Translations under genes and position numbers: made by a program
The notes under the pieces: generated by a model
The model's database searches: none
Seen by the model: the letters and a program-made list of their open reading frames with translations, nothing else
What the model was told of the DNA's origin: nothing
Part shown: piece after piece, positions 13,170 through 25,523 of the stretch
Layout of the letters: each line of letters starts with the position of its first letter
Position numbering within the stretch: position 1 is the first letter of the stretch
Origin: Haliotis rufescens
Taxonomy: Eukaryota
Length of the DNA stretch: 64,000 nt
Assembly: GCF_023055435.1 (NCBI RefSeq)
Contig: NW_025963779.1
Span: 88,102,001 to 88,166,000, forward strand
Reading direction: 5' to 3'

Positions 13170-13800
13170 CACGTTTACATAACTGCACGAGACAAGGTTG
13201 CTGATGGCTTTGTTACTAACAGGGCGTGGTGTCACATCCCAGACGGAGCTCGGCCTACAGGTGCATGCTGGGTGAGTGTTGCCTCCCTGGAGCTGCAGGA
13301 ACATTGCTCGACATAAAGGGAAAGTTGACTTGTGGAAAGTTGAAGTCTTCCCTTTTGTCACACTGTCTTGTGGAGAGTGTTTTGTCACTCCGTATTTTTA
13401 TGCATAGATCTAAATATGAAACCGATGAGGTGGTCTGACTGGTCTCCTTTATTTCTAATTCAGGTGGGTACATCGCTGGAAGGGAATTGGCTATTTGATG
13501 GCAATTGAACGATATCAGATCATCGATATAACTGAAGCTTAAGTTAAACTTCTTAAGTTAAATTCCCTTGTTTGGACTTTAACAATCCGAGCTGAAACTC
13601 CGATTCATATGCATAAAGAAACATATCAGCAAGAAGGGGGGCCCTATTGATGCCCAAGGGGATGCCTACTTCTTGCCTAAATGTCTCACCCCCTCATGTT
13701 ACATAGTGTTATCAAGGAGGAAGTCCAGCATTTCACATATTGTGTTCTCAGTAAACGTCAGATGTCAGTTGCTTTCATTTTTGACAAATTGACATCATTA
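13170..13800 (-). mobile_element. Decayed Penelope-like retroelement reverse-transcriptase fragment
   Basis: GIPLGINRAPLLADMFLYAYE, YIDDL, YPPELEIKET...SYLDL...DKREDFNFPQVNFPFMSSNVP motifs with frameshifts. Confidence 0.8.
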
Positions 13801-13845
13801 GGCCATTGTCGGTTTCTGAGGCAGAGGTAACTCTCTGCAGGTATG

Positions 13846-14009
13846 AGGGGCGGTCGGGTAGCCTAGTGGTTAAAGCGTTCGCTCGTCACGCCCAAGACCC
13901 GGGTTCGATTCCCGACATGGGTATAATGTGTAAAGCCCATTTCTGGTGCCCCCCGCCGTGATATTGCTGGAATATTGCTAAAAGCGGCGTAAAACCATAC
14001 ACACACACA
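13846..14009 (+). mobile_element. SINE family A
   Basis: Full copy with (AC)n tail; TSD tctgcaggtatga. Confidence 0.93.
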
Positions 14010-14738
14010 GAGTCTGCAGGTATGAAACTGTATCTTAATGTGCATGTATCGTTCCATTCCTACGACATTTAGTGTTGGTGCTGTGTGTGGGGGGAATTCC
14101 AAATTGAAACGCCTGGGGTTAACCCAGGAAAAGGTTTGCACAGGATCTTTTTTTTTCTTCACTAAGCAAAGCCAAAGCCGAATCAGTCAAACTTTCCTCC
14201 TCAAAATATCACTTTTTTGTGATTGAAGGCTTCTTAGCTAAAGCTCACATCGGATGTCTACAAAACAAATGAAACAAGTGACTCGACCATAAACTCCATA
14301 TTACCGATATTGATTGTACAATAATGAGGGTAGAATGAACACTGGCACATTTAATAATGAAACAACTCCCAGGCGAACCCTCTATTTCTGTTACGAGGTG
14401 AGTTCCAAAGCTAAAACAGAGGTTAACCCAGGAATCTGTACGCTCACAGCTGAATTGTGAAATCAGTGAATGACATAATGACAAGATTCAATGACTAATG
14501 AATAGATCATTTTTAAACACGCGGTTTTAGGTTCACAATGAAGGAGGCAATACAGAGGGTTTAATAAGTGGCGACAGCAATTAGAAGAAACTCATAATTA
14601 GTGTTAGAGCACTCAAGAATGTCTAGAATATTGTCACTGTTGTAAGTCTTGAAAGTGGTCTTCCTTCGTGTTGGGATCTGGCAGGAATCCGATGTTTCTA
14701 GTTAGGTATCCAAGCCGCACTTGACTAGAAACAAGTGA

Positions 14739-14846
14739 GGGCCCCGTTCCTCAAAGCAATCTTAGCGCTAAGGTGATCTAAGTCCAATACTTTAACATAG
14801 ATATACGATAATTGAAGCGCTAAGATCGCTTTGAGGAACGAGGCCC
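14739..14846. mobile_element. Small hairpin MITE (108 bp)
   Basis: 31-bp TIR gggcc(c/t)cgttcctcaaagc(a/g)atcttagcgct; no clear TSD. Confidence 0.75.
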
Positions 14847-15591
14847 AGGTCTTAAATAGGTACAGCCAGCCTTCTAGAAACTGTCTCTTCCCGATGCCTC
14901 TCGAAGGATTAAGCTTTCGATATTCATGCGTACAACAAGGGCGGATAACTCTAGTTATAGTACAAAACCTTTCTAGAAGGTCCACTTGCTGCTGTCGACT
15001 GCGATCCAAGTCAGGCCACGACGGCAATTGATATTTTTTACCAGTTGTTCAATATTTTCTGCCGCTGACAATTACTATTAATAAATGTACAACAGTTTTC
15101 TACCACCACTAATAGTGTCAAGGTCAAGGTCATCTCTGAGGTTATTGTGAACCATTGTTGTATTATTCATTGTCAGTTACTGTTGCAGTTTTACTTGTAC
15201 AGTCCTGAGACTCGGGTATTTGGTGGATGTTAAGACGTTGTATTGATTGAGGTCGCGGTCTGGAAGTAATGTTTTGGACAGGATGTACATGTGGAGCATG
15301 AAGAGTAGAAGGGTCAGGGCCACAGCACATGGGCGTCACACGCTGTACACATGAGGCTCCTCGGCGTGATGAAACAACGCTTTAACCACCAGATCAACTC
15401 ACAGTCTAGCATTGCCATGGCACGCTTCTGATTACACAGTAGTAAATAAACTGGTCGGGAGTTCGTACTTCACTCCCAGTCATCCTTCAACAGATACCTT
15501 ATTACACTGATAAGAAGGTACATGCGTTTTACATACAAATCAGTCGGCGTGATTTAACTAAGATAGCAAATGTTTTAGTTTCTACATTAGA

Positions 15592-15946
15592 CAACACTAA
15601 GGCAGAAACCGATGCCTAGACTTTCACAGACTGTAATTGGGTCAACAACACTAAGGCAGAAACCGATGCCTAGACTTTCACAGACTGTAATTGGGTCAAC
15701 AACACTAAGGCAGAAACCGATGCCTAGACTTTCACAGACTGTAATTGGGTCAACAACACTAAGGCAGAAACCGATGCCTAGACTTGAACGGACTGTAATT
15801 GGGTCAACAACACTAAGGCAGAAACCGATGCCTAGACTTGAACGGACTGTAATTGGGTCAACAACACTAAGGCAGATACCGATGCCTAGACTTGAACGGA
15901 CTGTAATTGGGTCAACAACACTAAGGCAGAAACAGAGCCCTAGACG
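15592..15946. repeat. 54 bp minisatellite, about 6.5 copies
   Basis: Unit tcaacaacactaaggcagaaaccgatgcctagactttcacagactgtaattggg; explains the 18-aa-periodic ORFs. Confidence 0.95.
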
Positions 15947-16444
15947 CACGGACTGGGGTTTGGTAAAACTTCCGAATATAACGGCAATCTGACTGTACTC
16001 AGATCTGAGATGACATTCAGTCGTATTACCTAAATCGGGTCAAACATACACGCGAATGATTCACTCATCAATGATTGCCACGATTTATTCAGCAATGCCT
16101 GGTAGAAGCTGTCGGGTGCTGTGCTCACCACTGTCAGATGTATAACTGACACTCCGCCTTTAAGACCACGCAAATAAGAGAGTGATCCTCCATACACACG
16201 TTGTCTCTCCAGAAACTATTAATCACATATCAACCGATTATCTCCTCTCTGTTGTACTTACTTAGGCTATTCTACAGCGTGTGTAGTAGAAGTGTCAAGT
16301 TTGATATATGGATGTAGGTAATATCGCCATGTAGCTATATATCATCTTTAGGCTAGAGCTGTGTGCGCTGTTTTACCTTTACCTCTCTAACCTTTCGCAA
16401 AAACATTTTACCCCACGATATAGAGTGAAAGTCACTCTTCCCGA

Positions 16445-16708
16445 TGAGTGAGTGAGAGAGTGAGTTGAGTTTGATGCCACTTTGAACAGTTATATCGCGG
16501 CGTGTCAGTTTAATGTGGGACGAAAGCCCGAAGTGATGCAGGTCTGAGACGTTTACCACTTCGGTGAAACCACTAACAAACCTAGAAACATAATCGGGGC
16601 GAAACGGGATTCGAACCAACAATCGAGGGTTTCTGGCGTGACCAAGGGACACAACTCTGCACAGCGAACAGCGGCGCCTTAGACGACTGGGCCACCCGTT
16701 CCCCCGCT
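16445..16708 (-). mobile_element. tRNA-derived SINE family C
   Basis: Head gggggaacgggtggcccagtcgtctaaggcg...ggttcgaatcc; homologous to 49976-50263. Confidence 0.85.
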
Positions 16709-18081
16709 TCCCGATGACATCGTCCACATTAACACATGTTCGTATTGGCGAATCGTGTGTACTGAATAAGGCCACTGTTTGTATGCGTTGGCGTTCCCTG
16801 TTTCCCTTGTTTTCGTGAGATATGTCATATATACATTGTAGTCTGCACTATCTGAGATCAATCACGCCGGATACTGCACTGACGTATGTTGCAAGTCTAT
16901 GTTAAGGTAGTTTTAGAAAAAAAACTGCATCGTAAAACTGCCAACTGTAAATCATCAGCGTGCCAGGTATTTGAATATCCTGTCTATGAAAAATATGGGT
17001 TACGCACTACAGATACGAGCACGAATGTCGGATCGCACAGTTGATGTATGGCAAAGCCGTTTTCACGTTTATTACGGAATTACAGATATGTTCAATTGTT
17101 TATAGATATCTTGAATTGAATTTAAGATATCTTGAATTTATTTCTAATATATTTATATGTACAGTAGGATGGTAAATGTTTAATGATATCTTAAAAACAT
17201 TTAGATATATCACAAACTAATTTGTTGATATCACCGTAACATTTTAAGATATCATTAATTGTATTATGGATATCGGAAATGAATTTAAGATATCTTTAAT
17301 TATTTTTGATATCTTAAAAACATTATTGATATCTTTAAATAAAATACCGATATCTTTAAAACAATTGAAGATATCAATAAATGTCAGTGAGTGAGTGAGT
17401 GAGTTTGGTTTTATGCCGCTTTTAGCAATATTCCAGCAATATCACGTCGGGGCACACCAGAAATGGGCTTCACACATTGTACCCATGTCGGGAATCGAAC
17501 ACGGGTCTTCAGCGTGACGAGCGAACGCTTTAACCACTGGGCTACCCGACCGCCCCGTATACTAATAAATGTGAAAAAGGCTTGCCATAGTATCGTCCCA
17601 GCCCTAGTATTGACACAAACCGAGTGTCATTGGTTAGTTGAAAACAAGCGAGTGGGCGCCAACAGGTGGGGCGTGGTAAATTAGGTTTTAACGTCGCGTT
17701 AAGTATTATTGCGCGCGTCTAGCGTGCGTGCGTGCGTGCGTGCGTACGTGCGTGCGTGTGTGTGTAAAGACGGTTTTATAGTACTGGCCCACTGAGATAC
17801 CATTCCGCAGCTAACATGGATGGATACCCTATTCACCACCCGTTCCCCCGCTTCCCGATGACATCGTCCACATTAACACGTTCGTATTGGCGAATCGTGT
17901 GTACTGAATAAGGCCACTGTTTGTATGCGTTGGCGTTCCCTGTTTCCCTTGTTTTCGTGAGATATGTCATATATACATTGTAGTCTGCACTATCTGAGAT
18001 CAATCACGCCGGATACAGCACTGACGTATGTTGCAAGTCTATGTTAAGGTAGTTTTAGAAAAAAAACTGCATCGTTAAACT
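16692..18081. repeat. Local duplication A-B-A': 16692-16939 matches 17836-18081, flanking a copy (16937-17835) of 20099-21399
   Basis: Near-identical sequence by direct comparison. Confidence 0.9.
17387..17556 (-). mobile_element. SINE family A inserted in the right TIR of a MITE (duplicated segment)
   Basis: Full copy; TSD aataaatgt. Confidence 0.9.
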
Positions 18082-18137
18082 ACAATGTTAATTAAGTTAG
18101 GTGGTGTTAATGATTCCATTCATTCTTCCAATACCCA

Positions 18138-18302
18138 GGGGCGGTGGGGTAGCCTTGTGGTTAAAGTGTTCGCTCGTCACACCGAGGACCCAGGTTGAAT
18201 TCCCCACATGGGCCAATTTCTGGTGTTCCCCGCCGTGATATTGCTGGACTGTTGCTAAAAGCGGCGTAAAACTCACTCACTTACTCACTCACTCACTCAC
18301 TC
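18138..18302 (+). mobile_element. SINE family A
   Basis: Copy with a small internal deletion; TSD tcttcc(a/c)ataccc. Confidence 0.88.
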
Positions 18303-18387
18303 TTCCCATACCCTCACACATTTCAGTGAATGTTACCACTATGTAAACATCTATGAATGATCAAAACCCAGTGTTTCCACATAAGTA

Positions 18388-18620
18388 TGGAATCCTATAA
18401 GGGACATTGTCACGATGTCGCATTAGTGTCACCTTGTCGCCCTGACAAAAAGCAATAAAAAGTATCCAAATTAACTAAAGACTAACTTTTAATGTACAGA
18501 GCGACTGTGAGATAATTGCTAAAATGTCGCTTTCTTGCATTGTGGCATTTTGGTTAATGTTGGCACTTTGGGCTTGTTAAAGTAAGGGCGACAACGCGAC
18601 ATTGTCCCCTCCAGGATCCA
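18388..18620. mobile_element. MITE with imperfect TIRs (relative at about 140-354)
   Basis: tggaatcc...gggacattgtc.cg.tgtcgc at the left versus gcgacaacgcgacattgtccc...ggatcca at the right. Confidence 0.6.
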
Positions 18621-20558
18621 CCACCCAAACCCCACTCCACTCCCACTACCCACCCCCAGAATATCAAATGGTCGTTATATATGAGTCCTGATTAATCACG
18701 CATTCAGACTCTCCGATCCCTCGTTTAGTGGAGTTTTACGACAATCAGTCGACACAGGGGGGAATATGACTAACTCTGGTTTTACAACTTCAATGCGATA
18801 AATTAAAGTTGTTGATGGCAATAAAATAGACGAAGTGTCGAGAAACGTTTCAGGGATTGGGAGATAAATTTTGAAAGATATCAAGTAACAGAACTTGTAG
18901 AACCTGCGTTGCTATCTATTACATAATTACTTGCGTTGAGGGTTTAAGGCGGTTTATCAATAACCGGTGTGTATGTTAGCTGTCAAGATGATATCAGCCA
19001 ATGGAATTTTATCCTTAGACTGATAACTACATGTAGTAACGTGCAATGCATTAAAACAAAAGTTGAACATCTCCATGGTAACGTCACGTCCTTTCCATGC
19101 CTTGTTTTCAAATGCCATTTAAATATATTTAGCGGAAATTATCCTATTTTTGACGCTAACGGGTACGAAATTTAAACTGTGTTGAGCGAGTATTTATACA
19201 TAGAACATAAGCCCTTATGAAGAAACAACTAAAGCGACATATGATAAACAAATTGTGACCTAGAGCAGATGTTAATTGGATTTCTAGAAAGCGTGTTCAA
19301 CCTTGTCCTCAAGTGTGGGTAATTATGCTGCCACTGACATCGTAAATCCCCTCTTTCACAAAATAACTCCGTACGTGTAGGGATCTAAATCGAAATGTCT
19401 AATCAGGCAGAAAAATTGGATTTGGTAAAGAATGCGACTGCTCCCTTTCAGAGGCTAGTCTTTTAACCACTACTTAATTTTCGATACGTTGAAAGATCGT
19501 GAAAGTAATTTTCAAGATGATTGCCCCTACCCAGCTGTCGTGGGAATGTTTCCCCTGGGTCACTTCACAGTCGTGGCTGTGAACGAGGACACATTCGTTT
19601 AAATAAGGAACAACATTTATAAATACACATTGCAGTAAAACACCAGGAATTCCTGCTATGTGGCAGCAGGGGTTGTGTGGGGGCGTTATGGCGTGTATGT
19701 AATAATTTGGTTGGACTTTTCGGCCTGACATATTGTGGACTGTCACTATCAATAGTCATGCCGTACTGTATCTATAAGTTTGGAATCTCGCACTGTCAGT
19801 GCAATCGGCAACTATCAGTTAATACAGTACACTGTCAGACTGATGTTATTCATTAAGAATGAGGTGTCCAGTCACAAGATGCTAGGTATAGACTAGTGGT
19901 GGGACGATACACCGATGCATCGGTGGATCGCGATATTTTACTTCCCGATACAAGTATCGATCACAGTTGCACACTAAGTAAAAAGTATCGATTCTTACCT
20001 TAAAAGGATTCGATAATACATGTTACACCAAACACTAATGAGTAGTGAAAATTAGTGGTGAAAAAGTAAATAGTTTCATCCATTGCGCCATACTTGACAC
20101 TGCCAACTGTAAATCATCAGCGTGCCAGGTATTTGAATATCCTGTCTATGAAAAATATGGGTTACGCACTACAGATACGAGCACGAATATCGGATCGCAC
20201 AGTTGATGTATGGCAAAGCCGTTTTCACGTTTATTACGGAATTACAGATATGTTCAATTGTTTATAGAGATCTTGAATTGAATTTAAGATATCTTGAATT
20301 TATTTCTAATATATTTATATGTACAGTAGGATGGTAAATGTTTAATGATATCTTAAAAACATTTAGATATATCACAAACTACTTTGTTGATATCACCGTA
20401 ACATTTTAAGATATCAGTAATTGTATTATGGATATCGGAAATGAATTTAAGATATCTTTAATTAGTTTTGATATCTTGAAAACATTATTGATATCTTTAA
20501 ATAAAATACCGATATCTTTAAAACAATTGAAGATATCAATAATTCCGTAATAAATGTC

Positions 20559-20729
20559 AGTGAGTGAGTGAGTGAGTTTGGTTTTATGCCGCTTTTAGCA
20601 ATATTCTAGCAATATCACGGCGGGGGACACCACAAACAGGCTTCACACATTGTACCCATGTGGGGAATCGAACCCGGGTCTTCGGCGTGACAAGCAAACG
20701 CTTTAACCACTAGGCTACCAGACCGCCCC
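20559..20729 (-). mobile_element. SINE family A, chimeric (body matches the 56172-56333 copy)
   Basis: Diagnostic cacaaacagg, gtgacaagcaaacg and ctaccagacc variants shared with the 56.2-kb copy. Confidence 0.9.
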
Positions 20730-20965
20730 GAATATTGTTTGTAACCAGTATATTTCTGAATTCAATGCTAACAAAACACTTGTTGAAACAGTGCAAAGCC
20801 AGCAGCACTGACATGACGTTCAATGTGGGTACTTCTCTCTTGATGCCAGCCATCCCTTGAGGCCAGATGCAGATGCAATTCCCCCCACACACAGCACCAA
20901 CACTAAATGTCGTAGGAATGGAACGATACATGCACATTAAGATACAGTTTCATACCTGCAGACTC

Positions 20966-21127
20966 TGTGTGTGTGTATGGTTTTACGCCGCTTTTAGCAA
21001 TATTCCAGCAATATCACGGCGGGGGGCACCAGAAATGGGCTTTACACATTATACCCATGTCGGGAATCGAACACGGGTCTTCAGCGTGACGAGCGAACGC
21101 TTTAACCACTGGGCTACCCGACCGCCC
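20966..21127 (-). mobile_element. SINE family A, chimeric (tail/body from the 13.9-kb copy, head like the 17.5-kb copy)
   Basis: tttacacattatacc shared with 13846-14009; aacacgggtcttcagcg and cactggg shared with 17387-17556. Confidence 0.9.
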
Positions 21128-21273
21128 AGTAATAAATGTGAAAAAGGCTTGCCATAGTATCGCCCCAGCCCTAGTATTGACACAAACCGAGTGTCATTGG
21201 TTAGTTGAAAACAAGCGAGTGGGCGCCAACAGGTGAGGCGTGGTAAATTAGGTTTTAACGTCGCGTTAAGAAT

Positions 21274-21308
<35 letters not shown>

Positions 21309-21414
21309 TACGTGCGTACGTGTGTGTGTAAAGACGGTTTTATAGTACTGGCCCACTGAGATACCATTCCGCAGCTAACATGGATGGATACCCTATTCAG
21401 ACAGTCCTTGTTTT

Positions 21415-21552
21415 ATCCCATTAATGCCGAACGTCAGGTAGGGTAACAACAAGTATAATGTTTTAACGTCTTTTGGTATGACCGGCCAGGGAATCGAACC
21501 CGGACCTTCTGCTCCCCGGGCCGACGCTCTATCCACTAGGCCATGGCGGCGG
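21415..21552 (-). mobile_element. tRNA-derived SINE of a fourth family, 3'-truncated
   Basis: tggcctagtggatagagcg...gggttcgattccctggccggtcataccaaaagac. Confidence 0.7.
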
Positions 21553-22430
21553 ACCACGGACTCTAATAATCTAGGTTAAAAGTTTACGGACCAATACGGA
21601 TACTATGTCCTGGTTGCGATGTTACGGCTAGTCTGTGGTACACACTCATGTGCACTTACAAGAGGACCTGACAAGGAAGTCTGAAAAGACCAAACTGTAC
21701 ATAATTGTGTAAATGTTTGACTGAAGCAATCGAGCAAACCCTTAGACTGGGAGTCCTAAATTTATACATGTCTTTATATGACCTATTGGAATTTCCCGTC
21801 TGTGCCTGACACTGTGGTATAATTAACCGGCTTTTGAGTAGAAAACTCCGAGGCGCTTAAACTAGCATGATCTCGTTCTTGGATTAACAGATCTTGGAAA
21901 GAGTGTTCGATGACTGCCTTAATCTGTAGAACAGTCGTGTCGCACCTTCGACGCACTGCCTGGGATCATATCGTAGTTGATATAGAGTGCAATGCTTTAA
22001 GTAATTTCTTGATTCCCGTCTCAAATACCTCAACTATCAACGCATTAATATAGATTCCAGTATTTTCTTGGTTCCCGACTGACATATTTCAACTATCAAC
22101 GCATTAATATAGATTCGAATCTAGCGCTGTAAAGTCTTGCTGAAAGTTCCGCTGATGATTGTTTAAAGAACAGTTGACAGTTCCGGTGATCGGCTGATCA
22201 TGACTAATGTACAGTTACCTAGATGGACGTATTATGCCATTCTAAGACAACTGAGAGTTCCGTTCGTGTATTGTACAGTTGGCAGTTCTGTTGATGACCG
22301 TTGTAAAAGACAACTGACAGCTTCATTGTTAGACTGTCAGAGACAGGATATTTTATTCCGTCACTGCTTTAAAACATGCAAGTTTGTGAAAGGGGAGCCG
22401 AACAATTAATTTTCTTTTGTACAGGACGTA

Positions 22431-22863
22431 TGTGGAGGGAGGGAGGAGCGTGTGTGGAGAGGGGGGGGGGGGGGGGGGGGCGGGGGCGTGTGTGGAGGGA
22501 TGGAGGGAGGAGCGTGTGTGGAGGGAGGGAGGAGCGTGTGTGGAGGGGGGGGGGAGGAGCATGTGTGGAGGGAGGGAGGAGCGTGTGTGGAGGGAGGGTG
22601 GAGGGAGGGAGGAGCGTGTGTGGAGGGAGGGAGGGAGGAGCGAGTGTGGAGGGAGGGGCGTGTGTGGAGGGAGGGAGGGAGGAGCGAGTGTGGAGGGAGG
22701 GGCGTGTGTGGAGGGAGGGATGGAGGGAGGAGCGAGTGTGGAGGGAGGGGCGTGGCGAGAAGGAGGGGCGTGTGTGGAGGGAGGGAGGAGCGTGTGTGGA
22801 GGGAGGAGCGAGTGTGGAGGGAGGGGCGTGGAGAGAAGGAGGGGCGTGTGTGGAGGGAGGGGT
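22431..22863. repeat. G-rich low-complexity tandem tract (gtgtgtggagggaggg-type)
   Basis: Direct reading; includes a G20 run. Confidence 0.95.
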
Positions 22864-24643
22864 GAATGAGGAGAAAGTGTGTAAAACATAAGGACCTTTT
22901 TTTTCTTGAATAGATTATTTTTGTCCACCCCTTCAAATACCAAATGGTCGGTTCCGTAAATATTTGATATTGTCTCACAACTGAATCTCAAACTGCATTT
23001 ACCTGCAAAACTATTGACGCGGCCTGCATAGGATCACTCGTCCAAACCAGTTCCCAGTGACAGCAACCTCACTCCGCCCAGCACAACATCCCCGTCTTTC
23101 TACACACACCTGGAATTTAAATCGACGTCTCAAAGTAGCTACAGCATACTTATCCATTAACGGGTCATTTTGACTCACCACATCCAAGTTTGTTAATTTA
23201 CAAAAGATCAGCTGGGTCATCATATTTGTATGTTCGACAATTTTTCATTCGCGTGTCAGTTGTGTGTGGATAATAGCGACTTTCTTGTTCGATAGGCCAC
23301 AAAGAGTTATCGTTCTTTGTTGGGACTACCGGAAAACTGCGGCGATTTGGTTCATTTGTGGCCTGACTTTACGACGTTGATTGGGAATCCGACATAAAAA
23401 AGATACATGAACTAAAAACAAGACTCGTTCTCGCATACTCGAACCGTATAGTTTAGATATTTTCAAAAACCAAATATTCTTTAGATTTCGACCGACGTAA
23501 TATTGTAGGGAAATTAGATATATCAGTGTAGGTGTAAGCTTGCGGACATCAACGCATGGGGGCGGGCGGGTCTGGTTAATCTCCATTTACCATCATGTGG
23601 AGTTGTCGCATTGTATACTGAACCAGTGCAACCAATTTTCCCCGATGACGCAAGTTCGTGACAACGTTACTTCCAACATGTATTGAAGATCAGTGTTGTG
23701 AGTCAAACTCGTCAATATCTGACCTATATATGGCCATACAGCCACGGGAGCATATTATACAGTAAGTAAAAACCTATAAAGCAAAATAGTAGATAAATAT
23801 CACTGATGGATCAAAATACGGTCTTGTTAGACTACTGTATATGGATTGATATCCTCTTGTATTTTCAATGAAACATATTTAAGTCTCTGTATTTCACATA
23901 ACAGCAATAATTCATTCACGGAATACAATGTTTATAGTGGGGAGTTATTTTGGAGGCGAAATTATCATTATTATATTATCAATATATAGGTAAGTATAAC
24001 TACAATGTGTTTGTGTTTGGTGTTTTACGCCGCACTCAGTAATAGTCCAGCTATATGAAGGCGACCTGTAAATACGACAAACATAGGTAGCTTTATAACG
24101 ATATATATTGGGAAATCGCCAAGTATAATCATAAGTGTTTTACGCGACAGGCAATAATTTTGTATAGCTTTTATAATTTTCCCAATCTATATTGCAAATA
24201 TTAGTTTGCTAACTGTGGCCTAACTCAAACATCGTCCTTTCATTTATAACGTGGGGGCACAGGTAGGTCCCTTTTTGTAGTCGCCGTTATTCTCTGTGCA
24301 GAGTTGCGCACCTTACCTGTTGAAGGATCCGCTTGTCGTTATTGACCAATAAGAAGGAAGACCGTATCTATAATCAATTCTGTTTATGTTCCTTGGTCAG
24401 CACCCTGCCAGTGATTCACCAGTGCGGTAGACGTCCTGTATCGCTTTAGACTTTCCGTCTGACACGCCGTTAACATTCTGTTCAAAGCTATTAATGAGTT
24501 TCCAATAGATATTTTACCGCAGCTTCAACTACTTCCATTCGCAAACAAACTCTTCTTTTGTGAGGAAGAAAAGACAATACTGGTATTAGAGTTGCGTCCC
24601 TTTGAAAAGAGGTTTGACATTGTCGTGACAAATTATCACGAAA

Positions 24644-24860
24644 ATGTCGCTTGTTGCGTACAATTCCAGTGACGAAAGTGGTGGCAGCGATGCAGAAGAT
24701 GATGTTCAAATGAACAATGTCAAAAATGATAAGTCTGTCGCACCAACAGATGACAATATTAGCGACGAGGAAGACTACGTCCCAGCGAGTACAACAGGCC
24801 AAGCACCTGCAACAGCTGGGACAGTGGACATTGACGACACTGTTACCAGCTTACTGAAAG
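24644..24860 (+). CDS. PRCC: PRCC (proline-rich mitotic checkpoint control factor) exon 1
   Basis: ATG MSLVAYNSSDES matches the PRCC N-terminus (MSLVAY-S-DE); AAAG|gtacct donor, phase 1. Confidence 0.92.
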
Positions 24861-25447
24861 GTACCTGTTTGTGATGATGGTAGAGATGCGGGCAGTGACA
24901 CTTAATGCATTTGTTTCTATGTCCATGATCTACCTAACGCTAAAACAACTCGAGCAACTCTAACCTGACCACCTGATATTGTAGGGATTTAGACGGGCCC
25001 ATTTAGACGATGTCCAAAAGCTAAGATATTATTAGTAAGTGCAAACCTAATCACTTAAGTAAGTAAGAGTTAGACGTTAGATTGTCTTGCAGCGATATAT
25101 GTCGAGTTGCTGTCTTGACTGTGGTCATGCTCGACCTGTTTATGGGCTGCGTATTGTTTTTGAACAGGGTACATTTTGATATAGCCTATAAGCATGTTTG
25201 CCCTTATTGCCAACTTCCAACTTCTAAATGCCTACCAAAGATTCCTTTTTTATATATTTTTTTAAATTTTCATCAAATTAAATCCATGCAGGTTTCAGCA
25301 AAGCATGACTGCATGAAAGTTCTACATGGCCACAAAAGAAAAGGTTGTAGTACATTTTTTGGAGCACCTTAGAATACAGTACCATAACTTCCCGTGAGAA
25401 CATTCTCTGCCGTAGGTCACATGTCTCAAAGACAAGCAACCAGATTT

Positions 25448-25523
25448 GGTGAGAATCCGACGGACATGAACTCGCGACCTTTGGATTGTTAGCCCGAGAG
25501 CTAACCGACTGAGCTACGTCCAC
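25448..25523 (-). pseudogene. Degenerate tRNA-like sequence (tRNA pseudogene or SINE head)
   Basis: tagctcagtcggttag A box and gagttcatgtcc degenerate B box; stems are imperfect. Confidence 0.45.

Larger units (their letters stand above)
20211..21154. mobile_element. TA-flanked MITE with GATATC-rich interior, nested in the hAT-like element (second copy 17049-17587)
   Basis: TIR tggcaa(a)gcc.ttttcac.tttattacggaatta; TA on both sides. Confidence 0.8.
19894..21173. mobile_element. hAT-like non-autonomous DNA element with nested insertions
   Basis: TIR tag(t/g)g(g/c)tggg(a/g)cgatac; 8-bp TSD gtatagac/gtattgac. Confidence 0.75.

Noticed and set aside
13846-13920. SINE heads as genuine tRNA-Asp genes
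   Set aside because: They continue into a SINE body and tail, have TSDs and imperfect stems, and lack a pol III terminator after the cloverleaf.
15587-15992. 18-aa-repeat ORFs on both strands
   Set aside because: The 54-bp unit is a multiple of 3; no splice or domain evidence.
22353-22991. Pro-rich and Gly-rich ORFs in all frames
   Set aside because: Low-complexity G-rich tract.
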